A DNA stretch of 63,032 nucleotides, counting the filler. It is 16 parts of 16 records of this genome, joined end to end, with 100 filler letters (N's around TTAATTAATTAA, not from the genome) between each part and the next. Parts side by side here need not be neighbours in the genome. Positions count along the whole stretch, not along the records: positions 11,083 to 13,637 come from SRR9188676_2269; positions 13,738 to 16,341 come from SRR9188676_2270; positions 16,442 to 18,550 come from SRR9188676_2271; positions 18,651 to 21,954 come from SRR9188676_2272; positions 22,055 to 25,029 come from SRR9188676_2278; 11 more parts are not named here. One strand, given 5' to 3'. The notes below the pieces were generated by a model, which was not told the origin of the DNA, ran no database searches, and saw only the letters and a program-made list of their open reading frames with translations. Positions 13,192-25,129 of this stretch are shown in pieces; the first letter of the stretch is position 1; each line of letters starts with the position of its first letter. A program made the position numbers and the translations under genes.

Positions 13192-13599
13192 GTGAGTTTC
13201 ATCATCATATTATGACAGTGCACCCACCATCTAGCAAAAAATCGTCACGAGTGAGAAAAAAAACCTCATCATTTTTTCAACTTCAGATTTCATTACAGGT
13301 ATACCTTGACCCTTATTTTAGCCGAGAGAAAACATCATAGAGGCATATTCTGATCGAACAACAGCTTCGCTTGGCGTTAAGATCATACCTCAAATTTGAT
13401 TTTTATTCCCCTGGACCGATAGCCCTCAAGACTGCCCTCATTCTGAAATCTCTGATGATGGAATTCGAATCGAATTTTTTGGGGGGAAAAAAATGGATTG
13501 TTTTTTCTGATCCACTTCTTAGCAACTTGCACATCACATATGCTCCGGGGCTCATTCTTCCCTCACTGATTCCTATGTCTCTGTGTCTCTGTGATGTAT

Positions 13600-13637
13600 C
13601 TTTGATGTGTGATGTGATGTGATGTGTGATGTGATGT
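13600..13637. repeat. (GTGAT)n microsatellite at contig end
   Basis: Visible tandem GTGAT units. Confidence 0.85.
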
Positions 13638-16520
13638 NNNNNNNNNNNNNNNNNNNNNNNNNNNNNNNNNNNNNNNNNNNNTTAATTAATTAANNNNNNN
13701 NNNNNNNNNNNNNNNNNNNNNNNNNNNNNNNNNNNNNTGGTTTTGTGGGAATGGAAATGTTAAAGATTAAATGAAAAAAAGTAAGCGCGAGAGAGCGAAG
13801 GACAAGTGTGAGGAGAAAATGGAATGTTCATGAATGTGACAGTCCGAAGCACTATCACTACTGACTCCTTCGTGGAAGTCGAAGATGAATCGAGCGAAAA
13901 TTCTGAGATGGAGGGGAATGAATCCAAAATGGTTTGAAAATTGGACTCTGTGATGATGGGCTCAAATGGGGGACTGAGATTTATGGAAATTTATTAGAGA
14001 ACGTACGTGGTATGGTGCTCTCTGAATTGTGCGACATTGGTGACAACACTGCGCACAAAGTCGCGATTGCTCATCGCTTTCTTTTCTTCTTGGACTTTTT
14101 GCTGCAATGTCTGAACGGTCTGTTTTAGGAATGAGAAGAATGAAGGAATGAGATGTTAGCTCATCAGAAGAGAGAAACAAGTGAGGTAGACGAGGGAAAG
14201 ATGGAGAGTGATTTAATAAGTATTCACGACAACACAGGTGGAGACAGGACGCGAGGAGGAGGGATCCACCTTCGAAGGGAGTGAATGCAGCGTCAAATAG
14301 ATGACATATGCAGGGTTTTGATATTTCAATAGTCGGGTCTCATGGCCTCAAGATGTAGGATGGGGTAAGACGTTGCTTTTATGTTATTCACCCCACCGCG
14401 GCTCTATAGTCGGCCCAGGACTGGTTGTGGAAGGCTTTGACCATGACAGAGCATGAATTGCTGGAGTTCAGCTGATACCCACTCATTGAGTCAGACATGT
14501 GAACTTACCACTCGTACCATGGCATGTCACAAAAGTATTTTCCTGTAGGGCGTTCAAATGAAGGCATGTAGTGTTACATCTTGCAAATTGGTGAAGAATG
14601 GGCGCAGCCGCGCAAGGATGGGAGATGAGTGAATGGTATTATTCGAGTGCAATATAAAGGGGGAGGAGTGCACAAACCTTAGCCTTAATATCAACCCTCG
14701 CAGTAGAATGAAAAGAGCGGCGATGTCCAGAGGTCGAAATCAATTTGGCATCCTGAGTACCACAAAGAACAAACACAGCTCCGTCAGTGAAAATTACCGA
14801 AGAAGGAATGAATAGTTGTTTCTGCAGGAGAATGGGAAACAAAAGGAATTTCCGCACGAGGTCACCATAACGATTCATGCATGATGGCTAAAGTTTGGAA
14901 CAACCAGGGTGAAAAGGGGAGATTTCACTCCTGCTGAATCAGATGAGTGAATACTTTCTTGAAGGGAATGTTTGCACAACAACATAGCAACATATATTTC
15001 CCTTAAAATTTCAGTGCGCAGGCCTCCCTTCAGGATAGCATCGACCCATCTGATTCACACTCCAAACTCTGCAGGAAAATTTAGTGACGGAGGTCACCGA
15101 ATTTAGGAAGGCTGAAAAAAAAAATGACATCGGGGAGCACGGTCTGATAGTGCCGCGTATGGTCGCAGGGATTTTCAAACATGGGAATGAAATATTAAGC
15201 GATTCACTTACCAGAATAGCATGTTGCATGTTCTCAATGACTTGTTGCCGGCATTGTCGCTGCACATCTTGCAACTATAGAATCCAGATAAAGAGGAAAG
15301 GGGGAAATGAAAATAGATGAAAAATCAAAAGATGAACGCGAATCTGATCGGAGTCAATTGAAGAGAGAATCGTCAAATCCCGTTCTCATACAATGAATTG
15401 GAACAACACCATTTCTGAATGACACTCACAAGTCGATGGAATGAAAGACAATCTCCAATTCAGTGTATACAAGCAGCTCAAAATACAAATGATGTAGGGG
15501 ATTAGTTTCTATTCTTATGTACCTTGAGCATCTTTTGTTCAATGAGAAGCTGCCGTCGAGTAGAGTCACTAACGGATTTCCAAAACTCTTCTGGCAAGGA
15601 ATCAATCTAGAAAGACGAACGACCATGCATGAGACAGAAGCCAGGGAAAATCGAAGGAATGTAATCATTTGAGCTACTGGTTTTGAAGCTCAGAGAAGAG
15701 AGATCGTTCAAAATTATGATCAGAAGGGGGGAAAAGAGAGAGAAAGTAGGGATTACCCATATTTAGAGCGAGGCGTCATTTTGTGATTTATTCAAACGTC
15801 ATCCCACTTTGATCCTGACGTAGATTGAGGAGAGAATTACTTCTTATATTCTTAGTTTGCAAGGAGTCGGTTTTGATTTTTCGATTAATTCGATTCCTTT
15901 CTCCTACTTGGGAATGTATCTCCTTCTGAGGGTTTTCCTCATGATAATGACTACAACACGAATCATGTTTGCTCGAAAGATTTACCTCTTTGAGACGATA
16001 GTTGATAGATTCTTGAAGTCTTTTGTCGCGTGTCGTTAGCATTGCTTGAACAGAGACAGGCTTTTTCCAACTAATGTCACGAAAAATCGGCCATCAGAAC
16101 AGTGTATGAAAGAAGAAGCATGAGAGGACGGACCTTTCCAGTCTCGCGGGTGGTTTAGCAGAGAGTCCAGGAACAGAAAGTGATGGTTCCGAAGTCGCCT
16201 TTGTCGTTGATATCTGTTTATTTGGACCCTGGATTGCAGCCAAGACTGGAGGAGGGAGAGATGTTGTCTGTCTGGCAAGAGTCTGGAAATGAAAGGAAAC
16301 CCTGAGATTTTTGGGATCAAAGAGTATATAACATTATCCTGNNNNNNNNNNNNNNNNNNNNNNNNNNNNNNNNNNNNNNNNNNNNTTAATTAATTAANNN
16401 NNNNNNNNNNNNNNNNNNNNNNNNNNNNNNNNNNNNNNNNNAGATGGAAGAAATAAAAATAAAAATCTACAGCTGGACTAAAAAAGTTGGAAATAGTAAT
16501 CTATCTATAGTTCATTCGTG

Positions 16521-16590
16521 AGTATGATCAACAGTGGCAGAGATAAGCATGATCAACAGTGGCATAGGTGAGCATGATCAACAGTGGCGT
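16521..16590. repeat. Three tandem ~25-bp repeats at the 5' end of an ARP5 intron
   Basis: AG(C/T)ATGATCAACAGTGGC core three times at ~25-bp period, abutting the donor at 16591-16592. Confidence 0.85.
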
Positions 16591-16592
16591 AC

Positions 16593-17617
16593 GTGTTGGA
16601 CGATCTTGCGCATGCGTGTGCGTGCGGCGGCCGAGTGCCTGTCGCCCAGCTCAGCCCGCAGCTGCCGCCGCCGTTCCATGTTGCTCAACAGCACATCCTA
16701 ACGCAAAAATCACGCGCGGGAGTTAATCTCGTTGTAAACAAGCAAAAGTGAAAGAACGTGATCTAGCTGGCGACGCAGACATGGGGGTAAACTGTCAACA
16801 TCGAAGGTACAGGGAAAGTTTGCTTACTCGTTCGTGATGCAACTCAGCCAGATATCCCTGCAAATATAATTAGAGATGATTAGTCCACGAGAGTGGAAGC
16901 CACAGAACACACACACCTGAAGGTTTTCCTTGATGCGCACGTGCTCTCGTTCCTGCTCTTCAGCGAAGGCCACATCAGCCTGTCACGTCACGCCACGCCA
17001 CGCCACCATACACCACACACACAAGCACTGTAAAAATAACGCTCCGATAGCCCTAGACATACACACAGGATACCTCGAGTTTCCGCCGTTTAGCTGCTCG
17101 GCGTGCCACCACAAGTGCCTTCATTTGCTTTTGTTTCCGTTTGAGCTTGATTTCATCTCTTGATAACTGGCACAAATGGTAGCAGAGTGAGAGACTGCGA
17201 TGAAACAGTGTTAACCGAAGCGAACCTGATCATCCGGGATGACAAGTAGATGGTATCTATCATCATCATCGTTGGAATCATCATCAAAAACCTCAACATC
17301 GACTCTTTCCTGCTTTCGCATTCCCATCATCCTTCGTAAAAAAAAAAAAAAGAATAATTTAATTCAGATCCATACCTTGACGCCTAGTTTCTCCCGAATT
17401 TGATTAAGCTTTCGCCCGACTTCGCTCCTTTTATGATCGAAATCAAGCTCATTCTTGAAACCCACTCGTTCGACAGCCGAATCTGAAGCAGTCAAATAAG
17501 CACACTACAAAAGCTCTAGAAGGGGAAAGTTGTGTTACAGAAATCATTTTCATCATTATTGTCCTCATAGCGTAGGGCATTTAGTTCATCCAGCATAGCC
17601 CACTCGGCTTCAAGTGA
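16593..17617 (-). CDS. ARP5: Actin-related protein 5 (INO80 subunit), central insertion region, partial
   Basis: Spliced exons give ...DFYSAVERVGFKNELDF...RYHLLVIPDDQ|LSRDEIKLKRKQKQMKA...GYLAELHHER...MERRRQLRAELGDRHSAAARTRMRKIVQ. This matches the Arp5 motifs LLD-PD-QL-EEQ-KEKRKQ and DRKS-ASQ-RM. Confidence 0.75.
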
Positions 17618-19167
17618 CTGTACACAGAGAATAGAGCAGTATCAGATAACATTGACCCTTACATCTCGCGGCAAAACCATTGAAAAGATTGAGATTGCAG
17701 AAGACTGCCACAGAGAATACATGGAGTCCTGACAGGACGCCCTACAGTGCACTGAGAGGAAAGCACAAATAGAAATGGACCTCTCGTCCCCTCTATTTTT
17801 ATTATTTTTGCTAACTATAGGTAGACCTATTCTATGATTCACACTCACATTCTTGCTCATTTGTGGAAATTGATGATGATATGATCTATCTTATTTTGAC
17901 TCGAAACATTGGTGTTTATATTTTTTGGAAAGAAAAAGATCTGGGGAAGTCAAAGGAAAAAGATTTCGCGAGATGACTTAATTTTCGACTACTTTTCGCC
18001 CTCATGTGATCTACGATCAAAAGCATTTTGGGACAGCCGTATGCTCGCCTAGATGCTGGGTGAGACTCACACAGATCCTTACAATGTTTGCCTCTTTTGG
18101 TAAAGAAAATGGTGATTTTTAAGGCTGGAGGCTCCGGAAGGTGTTTTGAGCCGAAAAAGATTCGCCGCCCCTAAAGACACCCCAAAGAAGTCTCCAGCCT
18201 CTAATATTTCTTTTTGGAAGCTCTCTTAACATGAATTAACGGGAATTTCTGGACCACAAACCGTGATCTCAGCCAAATCAAAGCCGATTCAGTAAATATA
18301 CAACCTGCCGGTAGACCTTTGTCTTGGAGCTCATCGCACTTTGACTGAGTCTGACACATGGAGATAGTTTGTTCCGAAATTTCGAAAAAATCTCTTTTTC
18401 TCGGTGTTTTCCCACCAGGAATGACATTGATATAGCCTGGCTGTCACTGAATGCAGCGCCGTCATCATAGGGTGGATTCCCGCACCAGTTGAATTTTAGT
18501 CTGCCAATATTTTTCGCCGAGCGAAAGTGCCTCTTCAGGAATGCAGTTTCNNNNNNNNNNNNNNNNNNNNNNNNNNNNNNNNNNNNNNNNNNNNTTAATT
18601 AATTAANNNNNNNNNNNNNNNNNNNNNNNNNNNNNNNNNNNNNNNNNNNNAAATAAATAAATAAATAAGCTCATAATGAAATCAATAAATAAGGTCAGAA
18701 TATCCGATCTTAACAGAACGACCCAAGCGGAGGGGAGAAAAATGAATGTGTAGATTCACGAAAAAAAAGCAGCTAACTGGAAACAACGGAGCGAGAACTG
18801 GTTTCGCGATCTGATTTGCACAATGAATTTTGCGATGCTTTGGCAAATTTCATGCAAACCATTTGGTGCTCATTCATAACCGCTTATGGATTGGATCAAT
18901 AATCTCATTTGCAGTTACCGGGAATAATAGTGGGCGATCACCGATTCACCAATTTTTCAGCTGTTCTCTCCTCAAAAATCATCGGAACTGCGCAGATTCT
19001 AAACGAACTGAACTCAATCTCACATCAGGCCGCCACCAGGACAATACCTTCAACTTTCTCTTACATGTAGTAGAGTAACTTCCTGTGTATCTGAACCAAG
19101 CTGTGAATTACGCATGTCCAAGATAGTTATTTTGGCCAGGTGAGATAAGGAAAGAGGGAATGACATA

Positions 19168-20632
19168 CCCTCCTTGGAGATAACATCCCACTCGGGAGAG
19201 GGGAAGTCGAACTTGCCGGCCATGATGGTGTCGAACAGGGTGGGGGTATTCTCGTCGAAGAAGGGGGGGTAACCGCACAGCATGATGTAGAAGATCACAC
19301 CGGCACTCCAGATGTCGCATGACGTGCCGTAGCCGCGCCCGAGAAGCACTTCGGGGGCTGCAAGAAGACAATGAAAGAAGATGAAGAAGATTAGGAATGG
19401 CTAATATCGATGAAAATAGTGAAAATAGTGAGAACATAACTCTCAGGAGAAAAAGACGACAATGATTGAAAGCATACTCTCACAATGAGTGAGTTTTTGA
19501 TATACCGAAGAATTGAGAAAGGTTCTGACGTATAATCAAATCCAAGATGTGATGTAATGGCCTAATCCATCTTTGTGAGGGATGTGTACAGGCAAATTTT
19601 CCTTGAAAATTCACGAGAGACTAAAAAAAGAAGAAGTGAGATATATAGTGAGTGGATGTTTTTGCAAGATTTATTTTAGAACTGAGACAAAACATTGACA
19701 TACCGACGTATTCGGGAGTACCGCATGAGGTGTACATGACCTTGGTCTCCTCATTCCAGAGCTTGGAGAAACCGAAATCAGCAACCTTGATGGTGGCGTT
19801 TTCGCTTCGGTCAGAAAGAAGGAGGTTCTCAGGCTGAATTGTACGATTTAAAAAACAGCAAACAAATAGGAAGGGAGAGAGAAAGGCGGTCAATGAATGA
19901 AAAGAGTTAACGTTTGGTCATAAACGGATGAGTGCGATAGGACGAGAGGAGTTAAATTGAATCAAGGAATTCAATACCTTCAAGTCACGGTGAACGATGT
20001 TGTTTCTGTGGAGCAGATCGAGAGCCTTGAGGATGGTGAACATCATCTCGGCAGCCTTGCGCTCGGAATAGGAACCCTTCTCCACGATACGCTCGAGCAA
20101 CTCACCACCGCTCACGTACTCCAAAACCAAGTAAAGCTTCTTGGGGGTGTCGAACACCTCCTCAAGGTGGATGATGTTCTTGACAGCGGGCTCCTTCTCG
20201 ATGTCCATGTTGCTAACCTTCTTCAAAACCTCACACTCAGCCTCCAACATGACCTGAAAAAAAATGATGAAAATATAGAGAAATTGATTGTAAGCAGCTT
20301 GATATGAATTGGAGCTTAGAAACGAAATTGGATTGAGAGGAAATAGTTAACAGGATGCAAAGCTATTTGAGAGGTCAGAAGTGAATATCACAAAAGAAAA
20401 AATAGCCTTAGAGAATGCAGATATATGGCAATAACGTCTTGTCTGAGCAAATACATACTTGATCCTCCTCTTCGAGCTTGTTCTTGGAGATGCACTTGAT
20501 GGCGAACTCCTTGCCATCACCCTTACGGACGGCATAATCTACACGGGCAAAGTTACCCTGACCGAGCTGACGGCCGATTTCATACTTCTTCTTGACCTCA
20601 GAGGAGTCGGATTTGCCGAAGAACCACTTCAT
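19168..20632 (-). CDS. CaMK1-like Ser/Thr protein kinase, 3' partial
   Basis: Exons 20632-20459, 20253-19978, 19834-19703 and 19357-19168 encode GQGNFARV, FAIKCI, HRDLK|PENLL, VADFG, SCGTPEYV|APE and DIWSAGVIFYIMLCGYPPF. Confidence 0.95.
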
Positions 20633-20815
20633 TTTTCTTGAGTTGAGTGTGACTAACTTACAGCAACGATGTTTATGCTCAACTCCGTAGGGAGGGTGGG
20701 AAGAGGAAGAGATCTGAAAACAAAAGCAAAAGATTCTTGGCGTGACGCATGCACTAGCTGATGTGATTATCAGGAGAAAAAACAATTCAGGAGCAAGTAA
20801 ATCCACGGAGTCGAG

Positions 20816-21617
20816 ATGAAGGAATCGGATGTGAAATCAGCGTACTTTAAGGGTCATAAGATTGTAGAGTTGACTGGACATAAGAAGAAAGTATGTATTT
20901 GGTATCCTCTCTTCCACTTCGGCGGCTAAATTTAGACTTTAATAGGTCCATTCTGTTGCTTGGAACTGCGATGGTCGAAAACTAGCCTCCGGAAGTCTCG
21001 ACCAGACTTTGCGGATATGGAGTTTTGATTCTCCTGATCGTGTGGTATGTATCACGCCGATATGCTTCCCCACTTTTCCCCCTTGTTTGGACTCATTTCC
21101 TCTCTTTTCTAGGGCAAGGATGTTTATGAGTTGACTGGTCACACAAGTAGTGTGGATCAGGTGGTTTGGCACCCGACCCATCCTGATCTTGTTGCTACTG
21201 CTGGTACTGATAAGACTGTCAGAATTTGGGACTCAAGAGGTTCAACTCTTTTCTTCTTCTCATCCCAAAAGCAGCCAGCTGATCATCCCTTCTGGAATAG
21301 ATCGAAAGGCGGTGCAAACCGTGTCGACAACTGGAGAAAATATTAATATTGCATGGAGTCCAGATGGTTCGTGTATCGCAGTGGGAGACAAGGTTTGACT
21401 TCATCGCACCACTTCACAATGCTCAATTCTCATGTTCTTTTTTGTCCAGGAGGATGTTCTTCATCTGATTGATGCCAACACTTACAAAATCAAAAAGCGA
21501 CTTTCCTTTGAGTTTGAAGTAAATGAGATGCAGTGGGATAAGGCGGGAAAACTATTCTTTTTAACAACTGGACTGGGTACTATCGAAATTCTGAGTGTCG
21601 CACAAGATTACAAGCAG
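20816..21617 (+). CDS. THOC3: THO complex subunit 3 (TEX1), WD40 protein, 3' partial
   Basis: Five exons from ATG 20816 encode ELTGHKKK|VHSVAWNCDGRKLASGSLD, GHTSSVDQVVWHPTHPD, GENINIAWSPDG..IAVGDK|ED and EVNEMQW...FFLTTGLGTIEIL. Confidence 0.9.
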
Positions 21618-22054
21618 GTTCGTCTCACATCCCAGCCACATACAGCAACCTTCGAACTATCCACGCTTCATATCGATATTTATTTGCGCGAACTCGCTGA
21701 ACTAGCTTAATTTCAGATTCTACTCCCTTAAATTCAGAGACAAAACTCAAATACAAGGTGTCCAAATTCTCCCAACATCTCCGAATCAAATAAGAAGACT
21801 TTGGGGCTTGGGCCCGCTGCATGTTGAGGGGATTCACGTATTCGAAGAGGAGAGTCACTAATGGTGAAGGTGAATGTAGATCAAATGTAGCTTGGAATCC
21901 CCCAAGCTTTTAGAGGCACGGGGTCCCTCTCTCCGCAGACTCCCCAAACTCCCANNNNNNNNNNNNNNNNNNNNNNNNNNNNNNNNNNNNNNNNNNNNTT
22001 AATTAATTAANNNNNNNNNNNNNNNNNNNNNNNNNNNNNNNNNNNNNNNNNNNN

Positions 22055-24522
22055 GGACGCAAATCCAGTGCCCGTTCTGTGATCTATCAACTTCTGTTGC
22101 TTCCACCATGATGAGACATCTTCATCAAACTCATACATTGAAGACTCCTATCAACCCATATGACGGAGCAGCATGCGAGACCACCTCCCCATTGGATGCA
22201 ACCTTTTCTGCTATACATCTGAAGAGACACATTTCTCGAACCCATTCATTGAAGACTTCCTACAAACCAGACCAACAAGCAGCAGCCAAGAATTTCTCCT
22301 CTCTTGAGCCCAAGCAGGTCCCCACACTATCAAACCAAGCACACATTCCCTGTCCCTACTGCGATACCCATTGCTCGAGCCGTTATAATCTCTCCACACA
22401 CATTTTACGAAAACACACCCACTCTTTTCCTCAATCCCCTTCCATTTCCTCTCCAGACTACGACGACGACAACCCCCGTCCTTCTCGTCTCCCTAGTCCT
22501 ACACAACACGAGCATATCTTCAGCCACACTCCCACTCAAGCGAACCCTCCATCTCGCCAATTTATTCCATGCCTGTATTGTTCCTGGCAGGGTTTTAACT
22601 TCAAGACCCTGCGAGCCCATTTGAACAAGCTCCATTCAACTGAAAAACTCATCGAAATTCGGCCCCCGTCAACCTCCCCTCAATGCAAAATATTATGCCC
22701 ATATTGTGACCGCAGCATTTTACCGTATAACCTTCACAGGCATATTCGGAAAAGTCATACCAGATCTGCCCCAAACCACCTCTCTCCATCCACCTCCCCA
22801 CCTTCTCTGCTCCCACACAAAATATCATGCCCTTATTGTGACCACATCAGCAGCCTGGACCACCATCTTTTCAGACACATTCGTCGAATACATGAGATAC
22901 GACTCCCAAACCCCCTCTCCCCATCCGCCTACCCACCTTTTTCTCCGCTCATCATTGAGATCGAAAGCAAGCACAACCAGAGCCTCACCAATCCAAAATC
23001 CCCTCGTGTCCCCCCAGCTCCCTCTGTTCGCCCATCAAACAAAGCATTATGCCCTTATTGTGACCTCTGCACCTACCCGAATAATCTCTTCAGACATGTT
23101 CAGAAGATACATGCCCTAACAACCCCGAACCCCAAGCCAAAAACCCCTCATGTTCCCGCTGCCCCTCGTGTTCCATACAAAACATTATGTCCCTTCTGTG
23201 ACCACATCTGCCGCTCGGAAATACTTCGCAGACATATTCAGAGAACGCATTACAGACCTGTGCGAGTACAATGCATCTTCTGCAATCATACAAACAGTCG
23301 TGTTGAACATATGTTGAAGCATATCCGGAGCCGCCATGCATTGAATTATTCGGAAAAGAAGCAACGTGCTTCAACTATCTCCCCGCCTGATATTATATAT
23401 ATTCGTAGACCACGCCGCACCCCATCATTACAGCCCAAATCCTTCTCCGATGGATCGGTCCCCAATTGCCCCATCTCTTGTCCATACTGTAAGTATCACA
23501 CAACTCGAGACGGCCAGCTACTCCTACATATTCAATCCAGGCACAACCAGGCTCGCACTATTTCTCGACAGTTGGCGACCCCTAGTGGTCCCCCGCAAGT
23601 GCAGTGTCCCTATTGCGACCTTTTCGGCGTAGAACAGCGCATTCTCAGACATATTCGAAAAACCCACACCCTCTCTGCCTCCAGTTCAATAGTAGAGCTG
23701 GTACACCGACCATGCGCTTTCTGCGACTATGGCAATTCCCAACCTGGGCATCTGATGAGGCATATACGCCTTAAGCATGCATTCACGACACCCAACATTC
23801 TACCTGGGACTACCTCATCAACACGTGCACGATCCCTCACGAAGCTCATCTATGGACAATGGCCTAAGCTGCCATCGGGGCCGATCTTCTCGTGCCCTTA
23901 TTGCAAACATCATGCTACTCAACATACGCAGCTCCGTATTCATATCCATCACCAGCACAGCCATTACTCTCCTGCACCGAAAGCGCCTCGTGATCATACT
24001 CCGTCTAAAACCCAATGCCCATATTGCCACTATATCGGCCCCCAGGATACTGTTCGAAAACACGTCAGAACAATTCACAATGTACTTCATAGTCAGCGAC
24101 CAGAAATCCAATGTCCATATTGTGCATTTGTCACATATTACTCTTACCTGTTGAAGCATCATGTGCGTCAAAGACATGCCAACATATCATCTTATATATG
24201 TCCCGTGTGTAATGTCAACCTTCGCACAAAAACCCGTTATAGCCTGCACATGAGATACATTCACCCTGATCTCTCGAAAAATGCACCATACCGACGTTCA
24301 TTGGAGCCTCATGGTTTCCATGATGATGATGATTCACTTGTAGATATGGATTTGGACCCTGACCTTGCTGATAGCGATACAGATTCATATTTTATGTCCC
24401 AAGAGCACAAATCCGCATCCTCATCTAAGCATGACGGTTCCAACGGATTCTGTTATAGCCATATGGATGCCACTCAGTTTTTGTGGGGTACATATTTTAG
24501 GTTCCCTTCCACTCCACAGTAG
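22055..24522 (+). CDS. Multi-C2H2 zinc-finger protein (15 intact fingers plus 1 degenerate), 5' partial, no visible intron
   Basis: Open from the contig start to TAG. Repeated C-x2-C-x11/12-H-x4-H units (mostly CPYC) with Pro/Ser-rich linkers and an acidic tail. Confidence 0.9.
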
Positions 24523-25129
24523 TAACCCATGCTAAACAAGCGGGTATGATATAATAAATAAATCGAACTATTCTCAACTCTTTCAGTCTATCATAGAGTC
24601 TGACACTACCACCGCATCATCATACGTCCATCCGAGGACCTTTTGACAACGGTTCAGATCGAAAACGACTTTCTTTTCCATAGAGTGGGGCCTAGTTATT
24701 GGTTGAGTCAAAAACACTCAAAAAATTTGCTTGGGGAATGATTGAATGATTGCCAAAAAAAAATCTAGAAAATTTCGAGATTTCCAGGGTGGTCCCTCAA
24801 GCTTCCACTAGCCAATCTTTCCCTTTACAACACTACAACTTACTGAGTGTGATTTACTCCATCAACAGAATTTGAAGATCAACAACTCAACAGTCATAAA
24901 ATTTGCCAATAGGAACACCAGGAACTCCTCACCGGGCGACTGTATCAGCTCACACTGGGCTGCTATCTCCTTCCTCGCGCATTGTCGCGCATAGAGTGGA
25001 GTTCGGGCTTTTTTGATTGATGTGACCTANNNNNNNNNNNNNNNNNNNNNNNNNNNNNNNNNNNNNNNNNNNNTTAATTAATTAANNNNNNNNNNNNNNN
25101 NNNNNNNNNNNNNNNNNNNNNNNNNNNNN

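Noticed and set aside
13738-16341. Probable minus-strand multi-exon gene
   Set aside because: Splice-like signals are present, but I could not build a continuous frame or recognise a family.
16521-16590. Three direct repeats as a mini-CRISPR
   Set aside because: Head-to-tail units without unique spacers, in a eukaryotic intron.
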